This document shows, piece after piece, positions 1 to 12,400 of a stretch of DNA of 64,000 nt. Position 1 is the stretch's first letter. Every line of letters starts with the position of its first letter. The position numbers and the translations under genes were made by a program. This DNA is from the human T2T-CHM13v2.0 reference genome, Homo sapiens. Under the pieces are notes generated by a model. It did not search any database and had not been told where the DNA came from. It saw only the letters and a list, made by a program, of their open reading frames with translations. The stretch is taken from the NCBI RefSeq assembly GCF_009914755.1, contig NC_060943.1. One strand, 5' to 3'.

Positions 1-64
1 GAGCAACAGGAGGAGAAGCGGCTGCTGGGGGAGAGGGGGCGCCTCTAGCCTGCCCTAGCCTGCA

Positions 65-78
65 GTTGCCATGGCAAC
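65..78. promoter_or_regulatory. RFX X-box (perfect palindrome GTTGCCATGGCAAC)
   Basis: Exact match to the 14-bp palindromic X-box consensus. Confidence 0.65.
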
Positions 79-863
79 CCTCTGCGTGCTCGAGTGGGTG
101 GGAGTCTGAGTGCCTTGGGTGGGGGGTGGGGGAACCAAGGTGGGGATCTGGGATCTGGGCCCCCTTCATGGTCTCCTCCCTTCCTGGCAGCAGCCGGCCC
201 CTCCACACACAGCCCTCTGGCTGCATCTCCTGCCTCCTGCCCACTCCCCAAACCCAGCCGCCCATGAGCCCGCCTCCTTCAGGAAGCCCTCAGGCATCCG
301 GCAGGTCCATAAGGAAGCTGCAGGCCCTGGGGTGACTATGAAGGATCAGCTGAGAGTTGAAGCCCCTGAATTTCAATCTGCTGTGTAGCTTCAGAGCAAG
401 CACTTGGCCTCTCTGAACCTATTTCCCCATTGCTGCTCAGGGACTAACAGACCTACCTCGCAGAGACAGAGCACGTGCCCAGAGAGGGCCCAGGTACATG
501 ATCCTCGGGCAGGGCAGGGTTCTCACAGCATCTCCAGTCCCTGCCCCATCCTCCAGCTCAGTGGATGGCAGCCCAGTCCCTCCAGGGGCTCAGGAACCGG
601 ACAGTCATCCTGGATCCCTCTCCCCTCACATCACATCCAGCCCCGTCAGGTCCTGTGGCTACTCCTTCAGAGTCCACTCACCTCTCGCCACTCCTCAGCT
701 TCTCTGGTCCAGCCCCATCATCTCCTGGCTGGACCCCACTTCCCCACCTCACTGTCTACACCTCGTCTCCCTATCTATCTGCCACCCCTGTCCCATCCAA
801 TCTCTACCTCGAGGCGAGAACAATCTTTGCAAAATGAAACTGTCTACAGTATGTTTCCCCCAG

Positions 864-879
864 GGCCACCAGAGGGCGC
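864..879 (+). promoter_or_regulatory. CTCF motif GGCCACCAGAGGGCGC
   Basis: Near-perfect match to the CTCF core CCASYAGRKGGCRS. Confidence 0.7.
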
Positions 880-986
880 GTGTGAGCATCTAAGTCAGCC
901 GCTTCCCTCCTCTGCTCAGAACCCTCCGTGGCTCCCACCTCACTCGACCAAAAGCCAAAGTCTGTATCATACAAAGGCTCTGCACT

Positions 987-1369
<383 letters not shown>

Positions 1370-1644
1370 TCACAGCTCCTCCTGCATCTTCCTTTTGGTC
1401 TTTCCTCAAACATCACTAGTTCAGCAAGGTCCTGCTGGCCCCCACACTCCTACACCATGTCCTGACTTGATTTCTCCATACCTATCACCAGCACGCCATG
1501 CATTTTATTTGCTTATGAACTCTCTGCTACTAGATGCTGGCTCTGCAGGGTGGGGTTTGCATACTACACTCAGCACAGCGCCTGGCACAAGCAGGAAGCT
1601 GAAATATAATTGTTCAATGAAGAACCTTTTAAAGGTCACCCTGG

Positions 1645-1940
1645 AGCTGGGCACAGTGGCTCATGCCTGTAATCCTAGCACTTTGGGAGACCAATGCAGA
1701 ATTGCTTGTGTCCAGGAGTTTGAGACCAGCCTGGGCAACACAGTGAGATCCTGTCTCTACAAAAATTTAAAAATTAGCCAGGCATGGTGGCACACACCTG
1801 TGGTCCTGGCTACTCGGGAGGCTGAGGCAGCAGGGTCATTCAAGCCCAAAAAGTCAAGGCTGCAGTGAGCTATGATCATGCCACTGCACTCCAGCCTGGG
1901 TGACAAAACAAGACTCCGTCTCTAAATAAAATAAAATAAA
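1645..1940 (+). mobile_element. Alu (J-like)
   Basis: Dimeric Alu flanked by a TSD-like AAAGGTCACCC on both sides. Confidence 0.9.
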
Positions 1941-2529
1941 GGTCACCCCGGCCACCAAGCAGCACTGGACTGCAGAGGGGTAGGGGTCGTTCAAAAAATT
2001 CCCTGCCCCCGCCCCCAACACCTTCTCCCTCATCTCCCCATCTATCTGCCACCCCGTCCCATCCAGTCTCTACCCTGAGGTCAGAACGATCTTTGCAAAA
2101 TGGAAATCTAATTACACCCCTCCCTGCCTACAACCCTCCATGGCTCCCTATTGCCTGTGATGCTCTAACATGGCATCTCAGGCCCTGCTGTCCTGCCACC
2201 TTCCCATCACTTCTACTCAGCGTCTGTCTCTCTCTCACACACAGTTCCTTATTCTGCTCTCCCTCCAAAGGGCTCTGCCCAGAGGACAGCATTCGTATCT
2301 CTCATATCCACTCTCACAGCACACAGGGTCTCTGTGTTTTGCTCCCCTAACTGGACTTGGGCTCAGCTGTTAAATGTCTGTCTTCCCCACCATCGAGGGA
2401 CTCTGACGGGAAAGTACCATTGTGGGTTGGGCTGGCTCTTGTTGCATACCCAACCCTGGGCAAGGAGTGGATGCTTATTCATTTGTTTAATGAATGAAGA
2501 TGAAATAGACCCAAAAAGCAGATCATCTA

Positions 2530-2990
2530 TTCAGTGGATGTTTACCGAGTTCCCAACTGGTCACAAGTGCAATGGAGGAAGGTGTGCTTGACAGGGGGTA
2601 TACATGTAGGTGCAACTGTAGACAGGGTGGCCAGGAAATGCCTCCCCTAAAAAGTGACATTTCGGCAGAGGTCTTGAGGAGGTGAGCCATCTAGGTACCT
2701 GTGCAAAGAGCATTCTGGGCAGAGGAAACAGCACGTGCAAAGGTCCTGGGGTAGGAATGTGCTGAGATGTGGCTGGGGCCCTGCAAGCAAGGGGAAGAGT
2801 GGAAGGAGGTGAGGGCGGCTGGGGAGGGGGGTCACAGAGGCCATACAGGGCCTTGTGGACCTCAGGGAGGACTTTGGCTTTCTAGAGAGGTGGGAGCCAT
2901 CGGGAATCCTGAACAGAGGGATGGGATCTGGCTCGGGTGTTCACAGGTGTCCTCTGGCCGCAGAGGTGGAGATCAGACTGTGTGTGGGGA
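2530..2990 (-). mobile_element. L2 fragment
   Basis: Antisense L2-like GCATTCTGGGCAGAGGAAACAGCACGTGCAAAGGTCCTGGGG; similar pieces at ~4690-4980 and ~6510-6830. Confidence 0.55.
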
Positions 2991-4075
2991 GGGTTGCTGG
3001 GAGTGGAGGGTACTCTCTACCCCACCTGTCCCTTGCCTTTTGTCCACAGGGCTGTCAAAGCCAGAAACCTGAAGCTTCCACCAAGCACTGGCTGCTTCTG
3101 GCCCCCACCTTGCTGGTTGCCTCCTGGCCTCCCTTCTGGCCTCCTGGCCTCCCTTCCTGCCAACTATGGCTCTCTCCCACGTAGCAGCTAGAGGGAGCTC
3201 ATGCTAAACATTCTCACCCTGCCATCTGGATCCTGACGCAAACCCCCTACCTCTACCCCCACCCCTGCCACAGGCCCTGGCAGCCCCACAGTCACAAGTC
3301 CAGCCAGCAGCCTCCAGCTTCTCTCCACATGCAGTTGTGAAACATTTCTCCTTCCTCCCCTTTGAGCCACCATCTTCTGTCTGACCTCAGGGCAGCCCCT
3401 CTCTCTCACAGATGCTCCTTCCCCTCCACCATACCCCTCCTCCCCCTCCAGCTTGCAGCTGGGAAGCCCCCTCCTCCGGGAAGCCTTCCCTGACTTGCAA
3501 CTCTGTTGCGCTCACCATCATGGCACGTCCACACCACAGTGGCCTGTGGTCTGTTTCCACTCCAAAGTGTTCACTGTCCAGCCCCAACCTTTGCACTCTG
3601 AGCTCAGCAGAGCAGAGCTGAAAAGAGTTCTAGAAGCTAGGGCCCGAGCAGAGGGCACAGAGGCGGGATCCCCCTGCCTCATCAGATGCTGGCAGGTAAG
3701 GGGCAGGGTAAGACCAGGAGACAGGGGCATGGTGCCTAGCAGGGCAGGAGAGAAGAGGCCTCCGGCATAGCGCCCTTAAGTTGCAGGTTCAAATCCAGGC
3801 TGTGCGCCGTCATGTCAGCACGACAGGACACCCACGTCACTCCTCTCAATTCTGTCTCTCCACGGGGGAGCTGGGGAACGAGAGCCTCCCAGGGTGGCTG
3901 TGGGGGTTAGAAATAATTTTCGGCAATTCCACACATCTTTTTTGGAGCATCTTCTATGTGCCAGACACTGAGGGGCTGGGTACAAAAAAGTCGATTCTAT
4001 AGCGTACCAGTGTTGTGAAAGAAGATAAAGCCAGGAAAAGTGGCTATGAGTGTGTGTGGGTTTGGGAGTGTGTGT

Positions 4076-4703
<628 letters not shown>

Positions 4704-5041
4704 TGATCAGGAAAGGCCATCTCCCCTGGAGAAGATGACATTTCAGCAAACCCCTGTGAATTTGAGAGAGGAGCACGCAGGTGTTCAGTTCAGGAGAGTT
4801 AGAAGAGCATCCTGGGCAGGGTCACAGCCCGTGCAAAGGCCCTGGGGCTGGACCGTGCCTATATGTTTGAATAACGGTGGCAGCTGCATCGAGGAAGCGG
4901 GTTGTGAGCTGGTGAGGAGAGTGGGAGGAGGTGAGAGCAGGGAGGTGCCGGGAACAGACTGTGCAGGACTCGCCTTGTACTTTAAACACACAACTGCTCC
5001 CCAAATGGGGCCGCCCCTCTGCCCAGCCTTCACTCCCAGAA

Positions 5042-5058
5042 GCCACTAGGGGGCGTTC
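5042..5058 (+). promoter_or_regulatory. CTCF motif GCCACTAGGGGGCG
   Basis: Matches the CTCF core consensus. Confidence 0.7.
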
Positions 5059-5062
5059 TGGG

Positions 5063-5252
5063 GCAGGGTCGGCCAACCATGGTCAGGCCCCCGCCTGCCT
5101 TTGTACAGCTGGTGAGCTAAGAATGGTGTTTACATTTTTAAAGGACTGAAGAGAAGAAGAGAAAAGAGAACAGGCCACAGAACCCGTCTGCGGCCCGCAA
5201 AGCTTGCAGGATTTACCATCGGGCTTTCTACAGAAAAGTCAGCCAACCTCTA
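5063..5252. mobile_element. MER58-like hAT DNA transposon
   Basis: CAGGGTCGGCCAAC...GAGCTAAGAATGGTGTTTACATTTTTAAA...GCCAACCTCT, with terminal-inverted-repeat-like ends. Confidence 0.6.
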
Positions 5253-5257
5253 CTCTA

Positions 5258-5570
5258 TTTTATTTACGTATATATTTTTTTGAGACAGGGTCTTGCTCTG
5301 TTGCCCAGGCTGGAATGCAGTGGCGCGATCACAGCTCACTGCAGCCTTGACCTCCCAGCTCAAGTGATCCTCCTGCCTCAGCCTCCCGGGTAGCTGGGAC
5401 GACAGGCGTGCGGCACCATGCCCAACTAATTTTTAAATTTTGTATTCTGTAAAGAAGGGGGTCTCGCTTTGTCGCCCAGGCTGGTCTTGAACTCCTGGAC
5501 TCAAGTGATCCTCCTGCCTCAGCCTCCCAAAGTGCTGGGATTACAGGCGTGGGCCACTTTTTCCCACTGG
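5258..5570 (-). mobile_element. Antisense Alu with 14-bp TSD CAACCTCTACTCTA
   Basis: TSD at 5244-5257 and 5571-5584. Confidence 0.9.
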
Positions 5571-5589
5571 CAACCTCTACTCTACAGCC

Positions 5590-5795
5590 ATCACTGCCAA
5601 CCCAGGACAATTCTGCCCCTGATCCCAGTATGTTTAGCAATGTCTGGAGACTTTCTGAGGTGTTACGACTATGGGGCTGGAGGTGTCACTGACATCCATC
5701 GGGAAGAGGCTAGGGTGGCCTCTGAGCATCCTATAGTACAGAGGACAGCCTCCCACAGAGAATGATGCAGTGCCGAAGTCAGGAGTAATGGAAAT
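5590..5795 (+). mobile_element. MER20-like DNA transposon
   Basis: GCAATGTCTGGAGAC...CATCCTATAGTACAGAGGACAGCC resembles MER20. Confidence 0.6.
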
Positions 5796-6069
5796 CGTCT
5801 AGGAAATCCTGTCTGGGAAAGCCAGCCCCGGACCCCTCACCTCCTCAAGGGATAAGAAGGAGAATCCATCTGGCTTCCTGACCTGATCATTTGTGACCTG
5901 CAGGGTATTTTTAGCCTCTGAGGGAGGGGCACTGGCTATTCTGAGTTTTTTTGTTTTTTTTTTTTTGGCGGGGTGGGGGGGGGGCAAGGTTATTTTTGGC
6001 CTGGGCATCTATTTATTGAATTTTTATCTCCCCCCAAATTTTGGAACAGGAGACAGTGAAGGCAGGGGC

Positions 6070-7203
<1,134 letters not shown>

Positions 7204-8729
7204 GATAGGAGAGCTTTGATGGAAACCCCATATGTGTTGCTAGAGTGTGAGCTCCATGAGGACAGGACATGGCCACCACCCCCCATGGCGCCCCCTGCAT
7301 GGTGCTGGGTGGGGAGGCAAGTGTGTGCAGATTGCATGACAAGGTGCACCCAGCCTTGCTCCAAGAAGTCCTGAGCACACAACTGCAGGTGCACAAAAGA
7401 TGCAGACAGCCCCATGTGTGCACACAGACAGCTACTCCTTCTTGCAGCCCTGCCTCCCCCAGCATGACCACCCCCTCTGCAAAACACAAACACCAGCACA
7501 GGAGGGACCTTTATGAACACCGGATGAGTCTGATGGTCACGTGGCCACATGCACCCTTGGCTAGATCACCATCCAGGCCACACAGGCAGAGGACACCTAT
7601 GCACAGGTGCAGACAGACAGACAGACATCTGGATTCTGGGGACACCGGGACCCCCTCCATGTTTCTACTTGGCCTCCCACCTCACTCCAGGACCCGTCTC
7701 TCCCCTTCCATCAGGGTGCCCAATAGCAACCACTTTGCCCCAAACCCAGCCTGGGAGGAGCTGTCTGTCTTGCCACGGCACCTTCAGGGTCACTGGGGTC
7801 AGGGTTTCAGACCCAGGGAACCCCCGCCTCAGGAGCCCCTCCCCCTGCCTCCCCACAGAGGGGCTGGAGGAGGGGAAGTGTCTGGCATCTGGAAATCAGA
7901 TCCGTGAGAGGAACCCACACAGAAACGAGAGCCTTGTGTGTCCTTGGCCACATGTCTCGCCAGGGAGGAAGGAGGGGGTGGAGGGCAAAGACGATGCTCT
8001 GGCGGGGATGGCAGTGCTCCCACTCCTCCCGTTCCTCTTGAGGGGCACCCACTGCCACCCTCCCCACCGAGATGCCTGCGCTGGGGCTGAAGCAACACAT
8101 GCTCTGCCACCAGCCTGGCAGGGTAGGGAGGACGCAGACGCCCCGAGATGCAAGCGTCACACAGCCTCACATGCAGGTGGAGAGGCCACCCGCCAGGAGC
8201 CCAAACTGCTGGATGCAAACACACTCCCGTGCAGCTGAGGCGCCTGTAGGCTCCTCCCCAACGTGCCCACAGGGTCCTCCAAGGCCCCCCAGGAGAAAGG
8301 GCTCCCCAGGAGAAAGGGCTCCCCTGGGCAGGCTGGGAATAGAAGCTGGGCTTCGAGTCCCCCCCTTCCACCCCCTCCCTGCAGGCTCCACAGCCCAGGT
8401 GTGCTGGTCCCCAGCTCCCCATCCTCCCCAAGCCTGGGCGCCAGCTACACCCCCAAGAGCAGGAATCAGCGTGGGTGATCACGGGGTACGCAAGCCTCCC
8501 AGAAGTGGGGATTGAGATGGGCGCCCCTTGGAGAGAAAGAGGGCCTGCAGGGGTGTCCCAGAGCAGATGCCACACACACATGGGGTGGACCGAGCGGGGC
8601 CATGAGGGAGGTCACCAAGCTGGGTAGGAAGATGGTGACAAGACCAGCAGGAGGGCCGGGACCCACATGTGAGCGCACACGTATGTCGCACACGTATGTG
8701 GCTCCGTGCACGGGTGCGATCGCTGCCAG

Positions 8730-8935
8730 CCATGGAATTAGTTCCCTTTTCCGAATTCCAGATGATTTTTCATCTCTGTAATTAATGGGCAAGTCAGTTC
8801 TGAACGGCATGGCAGACAAATTGCTAGTTAGGAAAATCACGGATAATTTTCTCGATATGATAATGAAGGTTGTAATCCTTCTCTTATTCTCCCTGTTTTC
8901 ATCCTACTTTTAAGTAATAAATTTGGCATTAGTGG
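8730..8935. promoter_or_regulatory. AT-rich unique block, candidate intronic enhancer
   Basis: Non-repetitive AT-rich island in GC-rich surroundings with several TAAT/TAATTA homeodomain cores. Confidence 0.45.
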
Positions 8936-9308
8936 GAGGGGAGCAGGGAGGAAGGAGAAGTCACCTGCCCCCCAAAGCTGGGGCCTGACAGGGACCCACG
9001 CAGAGTCCCCTGCCGGGGGCAGACAGGAGAAGAGAATGAGGGGTGTGGACCCTCCGTGGGGTTGATCAATTCAGGGGGCCAGGCCCTGGAGAGCAGGTGG
9101 AGGGCACGGAGCTTTCAGGCTGTGAGCCAGGGTGAAGGAGTGGGGTCTGGGGTCAGGTTAGACTCATGCCAGCCCTTGGGGTGTTGGAGAGAGAAGCAGA
9201 AACCAATGGTCTGTCCCCAAACAGCATGGAGGTCAACGGCCCGGAATAGACATTCACCCTCAGGTGTGCCCCACTGGGTCCGACCTCCTCTAAGCAGTGA
9301 CTCCCTAC

Positions 9309-9376
9309 CAGGATAAGGGAGCCGGGCAAGCAGAGAGGGGAAGAGAGAAAGACAGAGAGAGATAGAGAAAGACAGA

Positions 9377-9416
<40 letters not shown>

Positions 9417-9470
9417 GAGAGAGAGAGCGCGCGAGCCAGCCATCTTGGCAGCCATTTTGAACCCCTCCCC
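9309..9470 (-). other. Candidate alternative first exon or intronic promoter
   Basis: Two tandem YY1 motifs (+ strand GCCATCTTG 9439-9447 and GCCATTTTG 9451-9459), a GA/CT microsatellite, and a minus-strand CTG|GTAGGG donor at 9309/9308. Confidence 0.45.
9331..9427. repeat. (GA)n microsatellite, interrupted
   Basis: Directly visible GAGAGA/GACA run. Confidence 0.95.
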
Positions 9471-9990
9471 CTCCTGCCCCCAGGCACACATGTTGGGAAG
9501 TGGGATGTGGGAAGACAGACCCCAGCTCTGAGTCCGGTGGAAGCCAGGCGGAAGGGGGGGCCCTGCCTGGAACTGGGATACAGAAACACCCACGCAGCTG
9601 GCATGGCTGGGGGTGGATGGGGGTTGGAACAGGAAGAAAGGGTCCAGGCAGGTACAGTGAGGTGTTGGCCAGGGATGGGGCAGTGTGAGGACCCGGACTG
9701 GAAGTGTAGAGACAGGGGTGTGTGTAGCCAGCGGCTGTCTTCAGATGGGGGCCAGGGGTGCACTGGAGAGATACCTGGGAGGGCATTTTCTGGACACGGC
9801 TGGAGCAAACACAGCATCCCCCCACCCCACCACTTCAGGCCTGGACTCGGGTCCCAGGACCGTCAGATGGGAGGATGACAACCAAACCCTCGCAGCTCAA
9901 TCCAATGCGCACCTGGGGTGGGGGTGGGGAGCTGTCCTCAAAGCACGAATAATCCGAGTGGATCAAACCTGCCGGCCTCCCGTGCTTTAA

Positions 9991-10011
9991 CCCGGCACCA
10001 CGGAGAGAAGG
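9991..10011 (+). promoter_or_regulatory. RE1/NRSE (REST)-like motif
   Basis: CCCGGCACCACGGAGAGAAGG versus consensus TTCAGCACCACGGACAGCGCC. The GCACCACGGA-AG core is kept; the flanks differ. Confidence 0.4.
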
Positions 10012-10029
10012 TGCTGCCCGGCTGCACCC

Positions 10030-12400
10030 CCTCCTCCTGACAGCGGCGCCCCCCGGACTGCGGCCGGCTGGACACCCAGACGGACCCCTCCCCATCCCCC
10101 GCGCCACTGCCTCCCAGAGAAAAACAACCCCCTCGCCCAGCATCCTGTGGTGCCAGCCCCCGACACGGCTCCTCTGGGGCGCGGGGCCGGCGCGCGGCGC
10201 GCACACGCACCCCCTCCGCTCACACCCAGACACCTACACAAACAGGGCGCCAAGCACCCGCGCGCACACGCACCGGGGACACGCAGGCACCGCCGCGCCG
10301 CTTCCCCACAAAGGCTGGCGCGCGCGCGGGCACACGCAGCCACGCGCGGGCACACTCGCGGTCCCCTCCCCCCGCCAGGCACCCTGCGGTAGCCCGTCCG
10401 CACCCCCGCGCCCCGGGCGCTCCGTGGGGGCCGCCCCTCCCAGGCCCCTCGCCAGTGGGGGTGAGGTGCGGGCTGCCCCCGACGCCCCTCCCGCTCAGGT
10501 GCGGTGCCCCGCGCGGCTCCCGTGTCCCCTCCCCCCTCGCGGCCAGGACAGGCCCCGGCCTCCCATCCTTCCCGCCTCCCCTCTTCCACGCGCCCCGCAC
10601 ACCTGGCCCAGGTGCGGCTTCGCCCCTCGCCCTGGGCCCGCAGACACTCACCTGTCCAGCGCCTCTCTGGGGTCGGCCCAGCGTGTCTCTCCTGCGGCTC
10701 GGCGAACCCGGGCCCCCCGCCCGGCACATCTCCCGGAGCCGGGGCTGGGGGGAAGCGGGTAGGAGGTGGCGGGACGAGGGCGGCCTCCGTGTCCCTTCCT
10801 TCCCCTGGCCCAGCACCGCCGCCGACCAAAAATTAGGAAAAAAAAAAAAAAAGAAAAGAAAAGAAAAAAAAGAGGCGGATTACACGGATCCAAAGGCGGC
10901 CCCCTCGCGGCGGCGGAGGCTCGGGACTGGGGGCGATCGGGTCTGCGCCCCTCCCGGGGAGGGAGGCGGTGGGGCGGGGGCGGCGTCAGAGCGCCGGGGG
11001 CTGGGGCGAGGCGGAGCGCCCCGAGGCGGCGCCGGCAGCGGCCCGCATCTCCCCCGCAGCTCCGCGGCCCCGACGGAGGCGGCACGTGTGCGCCCAGGCG
11101 ACTTCCCAGCCCCCTCCGACGCCGGCGGTGGACGAGGGGTTAACGGGGCAGCCGGGGCGCCCCTGCAGGCCCCCGCCGCCCGGCGGCGCCGCTCCGGGGC
11201 CCGCTCGGCCCCATCAGCCGGGGCCTCCTCGGCAGACGGCGGGGCGGGGGCACCGCAGCGCCGACAGCTCCCGCGCCGACGGCTCGGGCTCCCCGCAGTG
11301 GCCGCGGGGAGCTCGGGTTGGGGGCGGGCGGCGCGGAGCTGGCGGAGGGGGGCGGCGCGGCTGGAGGCGGGTGCCGCGGCGTCGCGCCCCCGGTGCGGCC
11401 GGAGGGGGGGCGCCGGGCCGGGCCCGTGGGCACCGCAGGACGCGCGGACCGAGCCGGCGCCGGGCACCAGCAATGACAAGCCGCCTGCTCGCCCCGCTCC
11501 CCGGCGCACCCGCTCCGGGAGGGGGGCGGTGGGCGCGCGCAAAACCCGGCCCGGAGTCGCCGCCCGGGACTGGCCGCCGCAACCCGCTTGAGCGCCCCAG
11601 GAGCCGGCCCGAAAACCCGGGCTGGACTTTCCTTCCTTTCGCCTCCTCTCGCCTCCTCCCTGGAAAAGCAGGGAGAGGGAAAGCGACGTGCTGGAGCCCC
11701 GCGTTGGAGCGGGGAGTGGGGGAAGGGAGACAGGCGTAAGGAAGACCCGGAGCGGATTTTCCAGTGAAGTATAAGGAAAGGCGCCGAGCCCGGGGAAGGA
11801 GGGCGCAAATGGGGAGATCTGGAAGGGTTGTGCAAAACCCGAGTTGGATTAGATAAAGATGGGAGGAACGGTGTTGGAGCGGGGGGTTGGGGGGTAGATG
11901 CGACATGGCCAAATGCACCCGGGGCACGCAAATTTCGGGCCGGATTCTTTCTCGGGAGACGGAGTAATGCGTCAGGCCTAACGCAGTGGAAACAAGCAAG
12001 ACCCGGCCCGGAACTCCCGGGACCTGGGTTCGCATGGTGGGGGGTTCTGGAAGGGGGATGCTTAGTGGCTGAGGCGACTTGGGCTGCCCTCATCTTCCTG
12101 GCAGCGACGTGCAAGGGGGACGGGCAAAAGGAGGACTGGACTCGGGTACGAAGGGATTTGGCGCGCTGGCTGCACCGGAGCGGACAGGTAAAAGCGGTTT
12201 CTGGATCCAGGGGCGCTGCGAAGGGAATGCGATGAGGCCGCTACCCTGGGAGACCAGACCTACAATAAAAGGCGAGGGAGGCACGCAAAGCCAGGACTGG
12301 AGCGCGGGACGGGATGAGACCCTCAGCAGAAGATCCTGGGCCACCGGGACAGGGGCTTGGAGCTGACCGGGCAGCAGGGGCGGAGGGAAGCGTTAGGGGG
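10030..12400. promoter_or_regulatory. CpG island promoter of ADGRL1
   Basis: Very high GC and CpG density, many GC boxes (GGGGCGGGG), GCGCGC/NRF1-like runs, no repeats, and it overlaps exon 1. Confidence 0.9.
10652..10880 (-). other. ADGRL1: Non-coding first exon (5' UTR) of ADGRL1/LPHN1 (latrophilin-1); 5' boundary approximate
   Basis: Minus strand reads (T)n-CCTAATTTTTGGTCGGCGGCGGTGCTGGGCCAGGGGAAGG...GAGAGGCGCTGGACAG|GTGAGT, which matches my memory of the LPHN1 mRNA 5' end. It has a consensus donor (+ strand ACTCAC at 10646-10651) and lies in a CpG island. Identity is from recall, not alignment. Confidence 0.8.

Noticed and set aside
8466-8840. 124-aa minus-strand ORF over the AT-rich block as a coding exon
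   Set aside because: Non-ATG start, no convincing splice sites, and no resemblance to latrophilin protein.
10455-11591. 378-aa ORF and other long overlapping ORFs in the main CpG island
   Set aside because: Low-complexity Arg/Gly/Pro/Ala translations are open in several frames on both strands, which is expected from stop-codon scarcity in GC-rich DNA. No recognisable domain.
11730-12200. Divergent (+ strand) lncRNA first exon from the ADGRL1 promoter
   Set aside because: Only weak donor-like motifs are present, so it cannot be supported from sequence alone.
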